Counted from the first letter of the stretch, positions 19,395 through 28,087 are shown. The stretch: 35,983 bases of DNA from Verrucomicrobiota bacterium (GCA_027622665.1 JAQBYT010000038.1:1-35983), one strand, 5' to 3'. Notes: a model not told the origin generated them from the sequence alone. A program made the numbers and translations.

Positions 19395-20735
19395 CTAATT
19401 CCCCGGATTTTTTAGTCCGGCTACGTAGCTTTGCTTAAGCTCGGTGAGCCGATTCACGATATCCGGATGTTTCTTAGCTAGGTTTTTTGATTCACCCGGA
19501 TCCTCGTCTAAATTGGCGAGGAAAACCTTTCCGGAAGGTTCTCGACCTTCGGGGCGATTGTTATCGTTTGGGCTGTGCAAGAGTTTCCAGTTCCCTTCTC
19601 GTACCACGCTTTGCTTGCCGAGTTGCCAGTAAAAGCTCTTGTGCGGAGAGGAAACTGCGCCGTCGGAAATTACTTCGACCAAGCTCTTTCCATCGAGCTT
19701 GTGATCTTTTGGTAATTTAGCTCCGCTCAATTCCGCGAGTGTTGGAAACCAGTCGCATCCCGTGGCCATTTGCGACCTGACTTCACCTTCCGGGATCTTG
19801 CCGGGCCAGGAGACGATGGAGGGAACCCGGATGCCACCCTCAAAAAGACTGCCCTTGGCCCCGCGGTATGGCCCTGAACTTCCGCCACCTCCGAAGGTGC
19901 GTGTTTCAATGGAGTGACCATGGTCGGATTGGAAGACGATGATGGTGTTGTTACGCAACCCGAGTTTTTCCACATGGCTCACCACCTTGCCCACGATTTC
20001 GTCCATCGACGAGATGAAGGCGCCGTACTTATCCCGAGGATGAGGGTGGTTCTTGTAGTGCTCGCGCCATTTGTCCGTTCCTTGGAGTGGGTAGTGCGGC
20101 CAATTGATCGCCCAGTAGATGAAGAACGGACGTTTTGAGTTTTTGTCCAGAAATGTCGTGCACTCGCGAACCATGAGATCCCCAAAATAGCTGCCGTCTT
20201 CCCAAATCTCGACACCGTTGCGCCACAGGTCGTGCAAGTTCGGAGGCACCCAGTAGAAGAAGTGGGAGTAATTGTCGATACACCCGCCCATATGGCCGTA
20301 GGAGAAGTCGAAGCCTTGGCCGTTGGGCATGGTCTCGGGAGTGTACCCGAGATGCCACTTCCCAATGTGGGCTGTTGCATATCCCGTGCCCTTGAAGATT
20401 TCCGCCATCGTCACTTCCTCCGTGGGCAATCCTGCCTTCCCCTTGTGGGAGGAAACGTTTCCGGGTACGCCAGCCCGTGGCGGAAATCGCCCCGTAAGCA
20501 AGCCCGCCCGTGATGCCGAGCATATCGCCGAGGGTGAATACATCTGGGTAAAGCGAACTCCTGTCCGTGCCAGTTTATCCAGAGTCGGCGTTGTTAGGTC
20601 CTTTGAGCCGTAGCAGTTGGCGTCGACGGATCCTTGGTCGTCCGAGTAGATGAGGATCACATTCGGTTTGTTCTTGGCCGTAAGGCTGAAAAGACTACCA
20701 ACGCAAAACAACGCCGTGAAGACTAGAAAGCGCAT
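19395..20735 (-). CDS. Arylsulfatase (Cys-type formylglycine sulfatase, family S1), secreted
   Basis: Signal peptide, KPNVILIYSDDQG, CSASRAGLLTGR, GY.TAHIGKWHLG, PHYP, SDHG and KGSLFEGGIRVP. Confidence 0.94.
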   Translation of the reverse strand: MRFLVFTALFCVGSLFSLTAKNKPNVILIYSDDQGSVDANCYGSKDLTTPTLDKLARTGVRFTQMYSPSAICSASRAGLLTGRFPPRAGVPGNVSSHKGKAGLPTEEVTMAEIFKGTGYATAHIGKWHLGYTPETMPNGQGFDFSYGHMGGCIDNYSHFFYWVPPNLHDLWRNGVEIWEDGSYFGDLMVRECTTFLDKNSKRPFFIYWAINWPHYPLQGTDKWREHYKNHPHPRDKYGAFISSMDEIVGKVVSHVEKLGLRNNTIIVFQSDHGHSIETRTFGGGGSSGPYRGAKGSLFEGGIRVPSIVSWPGKIPEGEVRSQMATGCDWFPTLAELSGAKLPKDHKLDGKSLVEVISDGAVSSPHKSFYWQLGKQSVVREGNWKLLHSPNDNNRPEGREPSGKVFLANLDEDPGESKNLAKKHPDIVNRLTELKQSYVAGLKNPGN

Positions 20736-20738
20736 GCC

Positions 20739-21314
20739 TTAAATTCCCGAGTTTCCGGATTTGCCATCTCGCAAGGAAACCGGTGGGCCAAGAATTTCTC
20801 TTAGAACGAGAGCCTTGCGGAGAGAATCGGGACTGCGAAGGTCGCTCACGATCGATTGGGATAAGGCGTTGGTCTTTCCGGAACCTATGTCAAAGGCTTT
20901 CAGGTTCTTTTTTGTGGCATCCTGATGGTCGGTTGCTCCCTGTTGACGGTAGGCTGCTTGGTCGGACGTTTCAGGTCGGGTTTGGATCTTTTGGTCTGGG
21001 GAAGGGTCTTTGGAGGTAACTCTTGGCGGTGGAGGCGCAACTACGGATTCCTGCGGAATCGGTTCGATTCTTTGCTCATATCGTTGATATTCCTGTTCTC
21101 CGCCCGCTCTGTTTTTTTTCCAGAAGTCGCGAAGGACATCGCGGAGTTGAGGGGCATTATCCTCCTCTTCATCGGATTCGGGACGCTCAGCAGGTTGTCG
21201 CGGAGAAGGGGGAGGGTCGCCTTCATCGTTTATCTTCTTTTTGAAGAATTTCCCGAATATGGATGCCAGTACCAAAAGTACGACGATCAGACTGTCGAAC
21301 GGGATGTCTGGCAT
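20739..21314 (-). CDS. Hypothetical membrane-anchored protein (YqfB-like position after floA)
   Basis: N-terminal TM, disordered middle and C-terminal LR.A.VL.EILGPP motif typical of genes following floA. Confidence 0.75.
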   Translation of the reverse strand: MPDIPFDSLIVVLLVLASIFGKFFKKKINDEGDPPPSPRQPAERPESDEEEDNAPQLRDVLRDFWKKNRAGGEQEYQRYEQRIEPIPQESVVAPPPPRVTSKDPSPDQKIQTRPETSDQAAYRQQGATDHQDATKKNLKAFDIGSGKTNALSQSIVSDLRSPDSLRKALVLREILGPPVSLRDGKSGNSGI

Positions 21315-21354
21315 CTTTCTCTCAGGTGCTCAGTGTTTGCTGATGTGGAAAGGC

Positions 21355-22365
21355 TTAGGAGTTTTCCTCGGACTTTGAAATCGTCTCCCGCATATCGGTG
21401 TCGGCTTGAATGTTGCGCATGCGATAGTAGTCCATGACGCCGAGGTTGCCGCTTCGGAATGCTTCCGCCATGGCAAGGGGAATCTGTGCTTCGGCTTCCA
21501 CTAACTTGGCCCGCATCTCTTGCACCTTGGCACGGTTTTCTTGTTCCATGGCGACGGCTGCGGCACGACGGATTTCGGCGTGCGCTTGCGCAACTTCTTT
21601 GTCTGCGGCTGCTTGAGACGTGCGTAGCATTGCCCCACGATTTTCGCCAAGGTCGACGTCGGCTATGTCGATGGAGAGGATCTCGAATGCGGTTCCTTGG
21701 TCAAGTCCTCTCGCCAGGACGCTTTCGGTAATGGAGTTGGGGTTTTCCAGAACGATCTTATAGTTTGCCGAAGACCCGATAGTGGAGATTATGCTCTCAC
21801 CTACGCGTGCAATAACTGTTTCTTCCTGTGCGCTGCCAACGTATCTATCGAGGTTGCTGCGAACGGTGACGCGAGCCCTCACCTTTACTTGGATCCCGTC
21901 TTTTGCTACACCGTCAATGGTATCGCGACCCTCGATTACACAATCGATGACCTTAGGGCTGATAGAGGTGCGTACTGCTTCCAGGACGGATTTGTTGGTG
22001 CCTTTGGTGGCCAAGTCGATGGCGCATGCGCGATCCCACGACAGTTCTATGTTCGCCTTCAATGCCGCAATTAGGGCCTGAACGGTTTGCACGACGTTGC
22101 CTTCGGCCAAGTAGTGCGCTTCGAGCTCGTCGGTAGTCAAAGGAATCCCCGCTTTCATTGCAGTAATGCGAGCATCCACAATTAGACCAACGGGAACGCC
22201 TCTTAGCCGCATAGCCAAAAGGGTGCTGAAGCCTACCTTGGCTTTCGCGAGTAAAGCTTTCAACCAAGTGTTGAAAAAGGAGATGATAATAAAAAATATT
22301 ACGAGTCCGACTACTAGTATTAGTCCGATAAGAATGTATTCCCACTGAATGTATTCCCACTGCAT
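21355..22365 (-). CDS. floA: Flotillin-like protein FloA (YqfA/UPF0365)
   Basis: L..MRLR.V, LEAHYLA.GNV, A.AIDLA, VAKDGIQ...[47 protein letters not shown] and [13 protein letters not shown]. Confidence 0.95.
   Translation of the reverse strand: MQWEYIQWEYILIGLILVVGLVIFFIIISFFNTWLKALLAKAKVGFSTLLAMRLRGVPVGLIVDARITAMKAGIPLTTDELEAHYLAEGNVVQTVQALIAALKANIELSWDRACAIDLATKGTNKSVLEAVRTSISPKVIDCVIEGRDTIDGVAKDGIQVKVRARVTVRSNLDRYVGSAQEETVIARVGESIISTIGSSANYKIVLENPNSITESVLARGLDQGTAFEILSIDIADVDLGENRGAMLRTSQAAADKEVAQAHAEIRRAAAVAMEQENRAKVQEMRAKLVEAEAQIPLAMAEAFRSGNLGVMDYYRMRNIQADTDMRETISKSEENS
22332..22361. repeat. Exact 15-bp tandem duplication at floA 5' end
   Basis: GAATGTATTCCCACT twice, giving [14 protein letters not shown]. 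Confidence 0.9.
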
Positions 22366-22471
22366 GATTTTTTTTGTTTAGAATATTTGGTTGATCAATG
22401 ATTCGATGAGTTGTCTCATGAAAAGATTATTAGAAACTAGCTTTCTGGGCATCGGTCTGTAAAGCTCAAGA

Positions 22472-22939
22472 TCAGAGTTTCCTTACTTTCAATCTATAGC
22501 CGTCCTTGCCGCTTACCCTTAGAGCGGTGCCTTTTGAAGCGTATCCGTCTTCGCAAAAGGCATCGTATCGCTCGTCTCCGATGGCGATTATGCCTTCGGG
22601 TTTCAATGGCGTTGCCGCTTTGCCTTCCATGCCCACTACTTCGTCCGGTGCAATCGGGGGGTTGCTGGAACCACTCACGGCTTTTCCCAGAAAGAAGGCC
22701 TTTCCTAGACGACTTCCTTCCAGCCACCTCAATTCAATCAAGACTAGGAAGATGGCCCCGATCCCTCCCAGCAGAAAGGTCAGTCCGGATGCAAACCAGT
22801 CGCCATATTCCTGATGAGTCGCCACTGCGGAACCGACGATGCAACAGAAACCCAACAGGCCCAGCACACCGCCGGGCACTAAGACCTCAAAGAAGATCAA
22901 GGCATAGGCAATGAGTAACAGACCGATTATCCAGCTCAT
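22472..22939 (-). CDS. Short NfeD family protein (TM + OB-fold)
   Basis: FEVLVPGG.LG.LG TM bundle and C-terminal VG.EG.A.TPLKPEG......RYDA. Confidence 0.88.
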   Translation of the reverse strand: MSWIIGLLLIAYALIFFEVLVPGGVLGLLGFCCIVGSAVATHQEYGDWFASGLTFLLGGIGAIFLVLIELRWLEGSRLGKAFFLGKAVSGSSNPPIAPDEVVGMEGKAATPLKPEGIIAIGDERYDAFCEDGYASKGTALRVSGKDGYRLKVRKL

Positions 22940-22945
22940 GCGACT

Positions 22946-24517
22946 TTACTTTCTAGTCACCACGAGGTTGAAATCTCGATGGCCCACTACCTCGATGGTT
23001 TCCCCCTTGCGGATTGTTCCGGATCGGGCTTGCGACTCGTAGCGCCGACCGGCTATTTCAACTTCGCCCGTCGGATACAGTTGGGTGACGGCCTTGCCCT
23101 CCGTTCCGATGGCGGGCAGTTCATCGGGAGCATCGGACGAATCCGCCCCGCCCGTGACCACCGGGTTCGCGCCTCCCACCGTATGGCCTAGGACGAAATT
23201 GTTCCACAACGGCGTGTGAGGCAATAAACGCGCCGCCAAAAAACCGAGGCCGACCGTGATCAGCAAACCATAGCATAGATCCAAGATCGGTTGCTTGAAC
23301 AGGTCGATGGACCATGTGAAATCGGGAGTTGGCCAAACGTCGACCATTGCCCAAAGCAAGGAGCCCAGCATCATGACCATCCCCAGCAAGGCGGGCACCA
23401 CCAATCCGGGGAACAGAAAAACTTCCAGCGCCACCAAGCACGCCCCGAGAAGAAAAACGATGACTTCCTCGTAACCTGCGAAACCCGCAACGTACTTGCT
23501 CCCGAAAAATATCATCAACAAAACCAGTCCCGATGCACCGAATACACCGAATCCCGGAGTCTTGAACTCAATGAACAGCAAAAGCATTCCCAGTCCCATG
23601 ACGATCGGTCCCACGCTATTCAGCCACAGCCCGAGTCTCTCCGCCCAGTTCACCTCCATGCGGACAACCTCGTAGTTGCCTTCTCCATACTTCTCGGCGA
23701 GCAAGTCCTCGATCGTCTTGTAGATACCGGTACCCAGCAGCGGTTGAGGGGGTTCCCCGTATTCCATGACGGCTTCCTCCGCAGTGAGTGTCAGCAATTC
23801 CCCCTCCCCTTGGATTGGGGAACCATCGGCGGTCAGGGGTTGCTCACCCTCTACGAAGAGTGTTTCGTTCGCGTCCATCATTGCGGCCATCACCCGAGCG
23901 CGGTATCGATGTTTGCCCGTGAAACAACGTATTTTCGCCTTCAGGTAGGAATTTACTTTGCGTTTCATCGAGGAATCGATGTTTCCACCACCACCGCTTA
24001 CGACTTCGGCCGCCCCTATCTGCCCGTAGGGAGCAAAGGCGATCTCGTTCGTGGCGACTGCAATGTAGGCGCCTGCGGAAATGGCCTCCGTGTTGACGTA
24101 GGTGATGATTGGTCCCTCGAAACGCTCGAACGACTCAATTATTTCTTGCATGATCTCGAGCGTCACTCCCAGTTCGCCACCGGGAGTATGCATGTCAAGG
24201 ATGACGGTTGTCGCCTCTGCTCGAATGGCGTCTTTGAGCCCTCTTCGCAGGATGTCGAGAATGGGTCCGCCGATCTGGTCGCGAACCGGGATAACGTAGG
24301 CCTTGGCCTTCCCCCCACCTATTTCCGCTTCCTCGGTAGTGTTGGTTTCGGATGCGATCGCATCTAGGCTGGCGTTGTTTTCAGCGACGATCTTGCTCGA
24401 ACTGGCGTTTGCCTCGTCCGCACCGCCGGCATTTTCTTCTGCGAGTACAGGAAGTGCAAATCCAAACACAGCCATTAAGCAAGCAATGGCACGGGTAGTT
24501 GATAGTTTTTTGGCCAA
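22946..24517 (-). CDS. nfeD: Long NfeD / YqeZ membrane-bound ClpP-class serine protease
   Basis: Signal peptide, ILDMHTPGG, AISAGAYIA (catalytic Ser), IGAA, AMMD, LLTLTA.EA, EFKTPGFGV.G, LEVF.FPG and a C-terminal OB fold (G.A.T.LYPTG.V). The TTG start is uncertain. Confidence 0.9.
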   Translation of the reverse strand: MAKKLSTTRAIACLMAVFGFALPVLAEENAGGADEANASSSKIVAENNASLDAIASETNTTEEAEIGGGKAKAYVIPVRDQIGGPILDILRRGLKDAIRAEATTVILDMHTPGGELGVTLEIMQEIIESFERFEGPIITYVNTEAISAGAYIAVATNEIAFAPYGQIGAAEVVSGGGGNIDSSMKRKVNSYLKAKIRCFTGKHRYRARVMAAMMDANETLFVEGEQPLTADGSPIQGEGELLTLTAEEAVMEYGEPPQPLLGTGIYKTIEDLLAEKYGEGNYEVVRMEVNWAERLGLWLNSVGPIVMGLGMLLLFIEFKTPGFGVFGASGLVLLMIFFGSKYVAGFAGYEEVIVFLLGACLVALEVFLFPGLVVPALLGMVMMLGSLLWAMVDVWPTPDFTWSIDLFKQPILDLCYGLLITVGLGFLAARLLPHTPLWNNFVLGHTVGGANPVVTGGADSSDAPDELPAIGTEGKAVTQLYPTGEVEIAGRRYESQARSGTIRKGETIEVVGHRDFNLVVTRK

Positions 24518-24583
24518 GTGTTTTATTATTGTTTACGAAAAGGCATTGCGCAAACCGTAAAGTGGAGTCAAAGGAAAGGTAAT

Positions 24584-25501
24584 ATGGAAATCATTTCCTA
24601 CCAAGGCATGGAAATTCGGCGCTGGGACGTTGGGCCCTCTACCTTTCTCGCCGCTCCCGAGCGTGGCGCTCGCCTCATGAACTGGCACGTCAACATGGGC
24701 GATGGTTCCGTTCGCGACGTCATTCACTGGCCCGAGAATGCCGACACTTCCCAATTCGCCAAGGTCCGCGGCGGCAATCCCATTCTTTTTCCCTTTGCCG
24801 GACGTTGCATTCGGGCGGGTGACCTCGACAAGTGGCTCGCCCCGGGTGGCGAGGTGCTGCCCATGCCTCAACACGGGTTTTCCCGTGACAGTCGCTTCAG
24901 CATTTCCTCGATCGATGACCATGGCTTTGCGGTCGACTTGATTCCCGACGAGCAAGCTAAAATCGCTTACCCCTTCGATTACAAGTTTTCCGTCGTTTAT
25001 CGTTTTTCGGAATTGTCCTTGCAGATCAGTTTGATTTTGGAAAACGAAATGCGGACCTCCATCCCTTGGGCGGCCGGACATCACTTTTATTTCCAGCTGC
25101 CATGGCGGCAGGGTCTATCCCGTTCCGATTACCAGTTGTCCATCCCCGCTTCCAAGGTAAGGCAATACAGGCAAGGTGGCCTCCTCGAGAAGGTCGATCC
25201 TCCAAAGGGTCCCGTGCCCTTTGACGACCCCGGCCTCGTCAACCGCATCCATTACGAGCTGAAGGAACCTTTCGCACTCTTTGGTCTCGGCAACGAGGAG
25301 GAACAAATCACCATTGCCGAAGTGGGCGGGGCCGAGGTTGGCTCACGTCTCACCTTCGTCTCCTGGACCGAGTCCGACGACAGTCCTTTCTACTGCGTCG
25401 AGCCTTGGATGGCCCCTCCCAACGCTCCCGAGCTCAAGGCCGCCCGCTTTGTCCCACCATCCGGACGCGACGAGTTAACCATTGAGGTGCAGTTGACCTA
25501 A
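24584..25501 (+). CDS. Aldose 1-epimerase / galactose mutarotase-like protein
   Basis: PERGA.L, RGGNPILFPFAGR, MPQHGF.R, YPFD, GHH.YF and FYCVEPW. ATG 24584 is preceded by AGGAAAGG. Confidence 0.88.
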   Translation: MEIISYQGMEIRRWDVGPSTFLAAPERGARLMNWHVNMGDGSVRDVIHWPENADTSQFAKVRGGNPILFPFAGRCIRAGDLDKWLAPGGEVLPMPQHGFSRDSRFSISSIDDHGFAVDLIPDEQAKIAYPFDYKFSVVYRFSELSLQISLILENEMRTSIPWAAGHHFYFQLPWRQGLSRSDYQLSIPASKVRQYRQGGLLEKVDPPKGPVPFDDPGLVNRIHYELKEPFALFGLGNEEEQITIAEVGGAEVGSRLTFVSWTESDDSPFYCVEPWMAPPNAPELKAARFVPPSGRDELTIEVQLT

Positions 25502-25570
25502 CCTTCCCCTCAATAGGTGTTCCAATCCATGTTGGTGAAGGCAACAAAGTAACCAACAACGAATCGTCCG

Positions 25571-26713
25571 ATGCTCCCGCCAATCTCCCGGTCCGATCGC
25601 CGCCGCTTCCTCAAGTCTTTTGCGGTTTATGCCGCGACAGGGTCGTCTTTGGGGGCGGTGGAGCAAAACAAATGGGAAAACATCGCTCCTTTCTTTGAGC
25701 CTCCAGAGGAATGGCGCGGCCAGTACGGGGACTATCGCTCACCACTAGTCTTCAAGGACGGCTCAAAGGTCGAGACTGCTGCGGACTGGGCTAGGCGTCG
25801 CCAGGAAATTCGCGCGGATTGGATGAGATTGATGGGGCCATGGCCGAAATTGATCACGAACCCCGTCGTCCGGACGATCGAGGAAACTCGCCGCGAAAAT
25901 TTTCTACAGATCAAAATCAATTTCAAATGGACGCCTACCGAATATACCACCGGGTATCTGCTAATTCCCGATGGCAAAGGCAGGCGACCCGCCGCAGTCT
26001 CGGTCTACTACGAACCGGAAACCGCCATCGGCTTGGGCAAGAGCCGGCATCGGGATTTCGCCCTCCAGTTAGCTCGACGCGGCTTTGTCACTCTCTCTAT
26101 CGGAACCTCTGTCACGACCGAAAACCGCACCTATGCCATCCATTACCCATCCATCGAGAAAGCTACCGTCCAACCGCTCTCTATGCTTGCTTATGCTGCG
26201 GCCAATGCTTGGCGCCTTCTGGCCCAACGACCCGAGGTGGATTCCGAGCGCATCGGTATTCTAGGCCATTCCTATGGCGGCAAGTGGGCGATGTTCGCCT
26301 CCTGCCTCTTCGAGCGCTTCGCCTGCGCCGCCTGGTCCGATCCCGGCATCGTCTTCGATACTCGGCCAAGCATTAATTACTGGGAACCGTGGTATCTCGG
26401 ATGGCATCCTCGCCCATGGCGCACGCGTGGAGTCCCCACCTCGTCGAATCCCGCCCGTGGGCTATACCCCCGCCTGCTCAAGGCAGGGCACGACCTCCAC
26501 GAACTGCATGCCCTTATGGCTCCCCGCCCTTTTCTCGTCAGCGGGGGCTCGGAGGATCCTTCTTCTCGATGGGAGCCCCTCAATCATACCATTGCCGTGT
26601 GCAAGCTTCTTGGATTGGACAATCGGGTGGCCATGACCAATCGCCCGAGGCACTCGCCCGACGAGGACAGCAATACCGCCATCTACGATTTCTTCGAACA
26701 TTTTCTGAAGTAG
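25571..26713 (+). CDS. Tat-exported alpha/beta hydrolase (dienelactone hydrolase / carbohydrate esterase-like)
   Basis: Tat motif DRRRFLK, W..RR.EI, PEVDSERIG.LGHSYGGK nucleophile elbow and HELHAL.APRPFL..GG..D. Confidence 0.85.
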   Translation: MLPPISRSDRRRFLKSFAVYAATGSSLGAVEQNKWENIAPFFEPPEEWRGQYGDYRSPLVFKDGSKVETAADWARRRQEIRADWMRLMGPWPKLITNPVVRTIEETRRENFLQIKINFKWTPTEYTTGYLLIPDGKGRRPAAVSVYYEPETAIGLGKSRHRDFALQLARRGFVTLSIGTSVTTENRTYAIHYPSIEKATVQPLSMLAYAAANAWRLLAQRPEVDSERIGILGHSYGGKWAMFASCLFERFACAAWSDPGIVFDTRPSINYWEPWYLGWHPRPWRTRGVPTSSNPARGLYPRLLKAGHDLHELHALMAPRPFLVSGGSEDPSSRWEPLNHTIAVCKLLGLDNRVAMTNRPRHSPDEDSNTAIYDFFEHFLK

Positions 26714-27047
26714 CTTCCAGGACTCGTTTCACGTGCAAAAAACGGCTCTTCCTCACCTTGTCTTTCTAAGGATTTAATTAAACTAAGCTAAGTAATAAAA
26801 GACCTAAGTCTCATATGGATTTCCCCGCTTTTAAATAGGTGTTTTCGCCTCCATTACGTATTTCTCCGCTTCATCTCTCTAGGGCAGGCATGGTATGCCC
26901 GGTCTGAAAAAACCGTCACAATCGGAAAAGTTCACGGACGCAGAAAACATTCCTCGGCTTGCCGATTTTTTGTAAATGGATTTGTTGGTCGGCTGGTCAA
27001 CGGTGATCTGGTTGCCGAGTATTCCCTGAGAGGGTGCCATTTATATG

Positions 27048-27088
27048 GCTGGTACTCCCGCAGGGAGTCGAACCCTGATCCTCGGTTC
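27048..27088 (-). repeat. Duplicated 3' half of tRNA-Arg(CCG) (distal att site)
   Basis: 41 bp GCTGGTACTCCCGCAGGGAGTCGAACCCTGATCCTCGGTTC, identical to 27820-27860. Identity ends in the anticodon loop. Confidence 0.93.
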
Positions 27089-27354
27089 AGGACATCCAAT
27101 ACTTCATCAAATTAACTGATGACAATGACGCGGACAAGGATGGCATTCTGCATTTATCCGATCCTCCGCAACCCGCCCCCCCCGCCATTTCGTTGGTTGG
27201 ATGGAACTATCATGTATGGCCTTGGGTCTACAGGGATGCCGACAAGGATTGGATTTACTACTACTGCGGGTCCAGCGGTTGGGCGGTATGGCGACACAAG
27301 GACGAGAAGTGGTATTTGTTCAATGCTTCCACGAACACGTGGACCGCAAACTAG
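27088..27354 (+). pseudogene. 3' fragment of a secreted/surface protein gene (DxDxDG motif + Trp-rich C-terminal domain)
   Basis: Frame not in the track: QDIQYFIKLTDDNDADKDGILHLSDPPQPAPPAISLVGWNYHVWPWVYRDADKDWIYYYCGSSGWAVWRHKDEKWYLFNASTNTWTAN*. It has no N-terminal start, and an in-frame TGA lies at 27076 inside the att copy. Confidence 0.68.
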
Positions 27355-27659
27355 TACAAGCGCTACAACGCGCTGATATAGGAGAAATAGGTTGCCGCCC
27401 TACCGCTATGAAGCGGTTGCCATTTAGCCTGTCGAACTCCGGCATGACGGTTTAGCAACGGTTGAGTCGCGCCACCACGCCTTATTCCTCTACCCGGACT
27501 CACCCTCGCCGAATACGCCTTCCTGCAAGGGCAACAAATCAACGTATAAGCAACTCGCCTGTTGTAAAATACATTGCCCCTATATCTGAAAAATTGCGGA
27601 AGGGTATTGATGAATCATCAGAAAAAGCACCGATCCGCAGCCAACCCCTCCCGCCCTTG

Positions 27660-27680
27660 CGTTGTCAGTTCGTTGTCAGT
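27660..27680. repeat. Tandem 10-bp direct repeat, possible integrase arm-type sites
   Basis: CGTTGTCAGT-T-CGTTGTCAGT, ~140 bp inside the tRNA-proximal att core. Confidence 0.55.
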
Positions 27681-27821
27681 ATATTTGCCGAAACATTCAA
27701 CTTAAGGACATTTCCTTGCAGAATGAAAGATTTGAATAAAAGCTAGCGACCAACATGGGTAATCACCCCGCTACTCGCGATTGAAAGGGGGGATTTCGCT
27801 TACTTTGCGCTCTTTTCACGC

Positions 27822-27896
27822 TGGTACTCCCGCAGGGAGTCGAACCCTGATCCTCGGTTCCGGAAACCGATGTTCTATCCATTGAACTACAGGAGC
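27822..27896 (-). tRNA. tRNA-Arg (CCG)
   Basis: Minus strand reads GCTCCTGTAGTTCAATGGATAGAACATCGGTTTCCGGAACCGAGGATCAGGGTTCGACTCCCTGCGGGAGTACCA. Anticodon arm is TCGGT-TT-CCG-GA-ACCGA, and CCA is encoded. Confidence 0.97.
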
Positions 27897-28045
27897 TAAC
27901 GCTATAGTGGGAAGGTATAATGTTTGGAGAGTGGTGTGGGGTCAATTGCTTTCGCTGATCATCGATTGATGAGCTGTGAGTACCTCTAATTCCAAATAAA
28001 TAATGTTTATGCTCAATGAGGGTTGACAGAAGAAGATTCGCGCTG

Positions 28046-28087
28046 TTGAGACCCAGTATCAATTGAAACTGAGACCCATTCTCAATT
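28046..28087 (+). promoter_or_regulatory. Two tandem Fur-box-like palindromes upstream of TonB-dependent receptor
   Basis: TTGAGACCCAGTATCAAT and CTGAGACCCATTCTCAAT at a 23-bp period. Each resembles the TGAGAATNATTCTCA 7-1-7 Fur-type box. They lie 30-70 bp before the ATG of an iron-type receptor. Confidence 0.65.

Larger units (their letters stand above)
27048..27860. mobile_element. Integrase-less remnant of a tRNA-Arg(CCG)-targeting genomic island
   Basis: Bounded by 41-bp direct repeats of the tRNA 3' half. The ~730-bp interior has no intact gene but contains a truncated gene and a tandem CGTTGTCAGT repeat. Confidence 0.78.

Noticed and set aside
27743..27784. LATNMGNHPAT as a tyrosine-integrase box II remnant
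   Set aside because: Only 13 codons between stops, too short to distinguish from chance.
27119..28062. Track ORFs 27119..27376, 27201..27455, 27462..27746 and 27763..28062
   Set aside because: They have no recognisable protein features. One overlaps the tRNA, and the third frame at 27088-27354 is the more protein-like.
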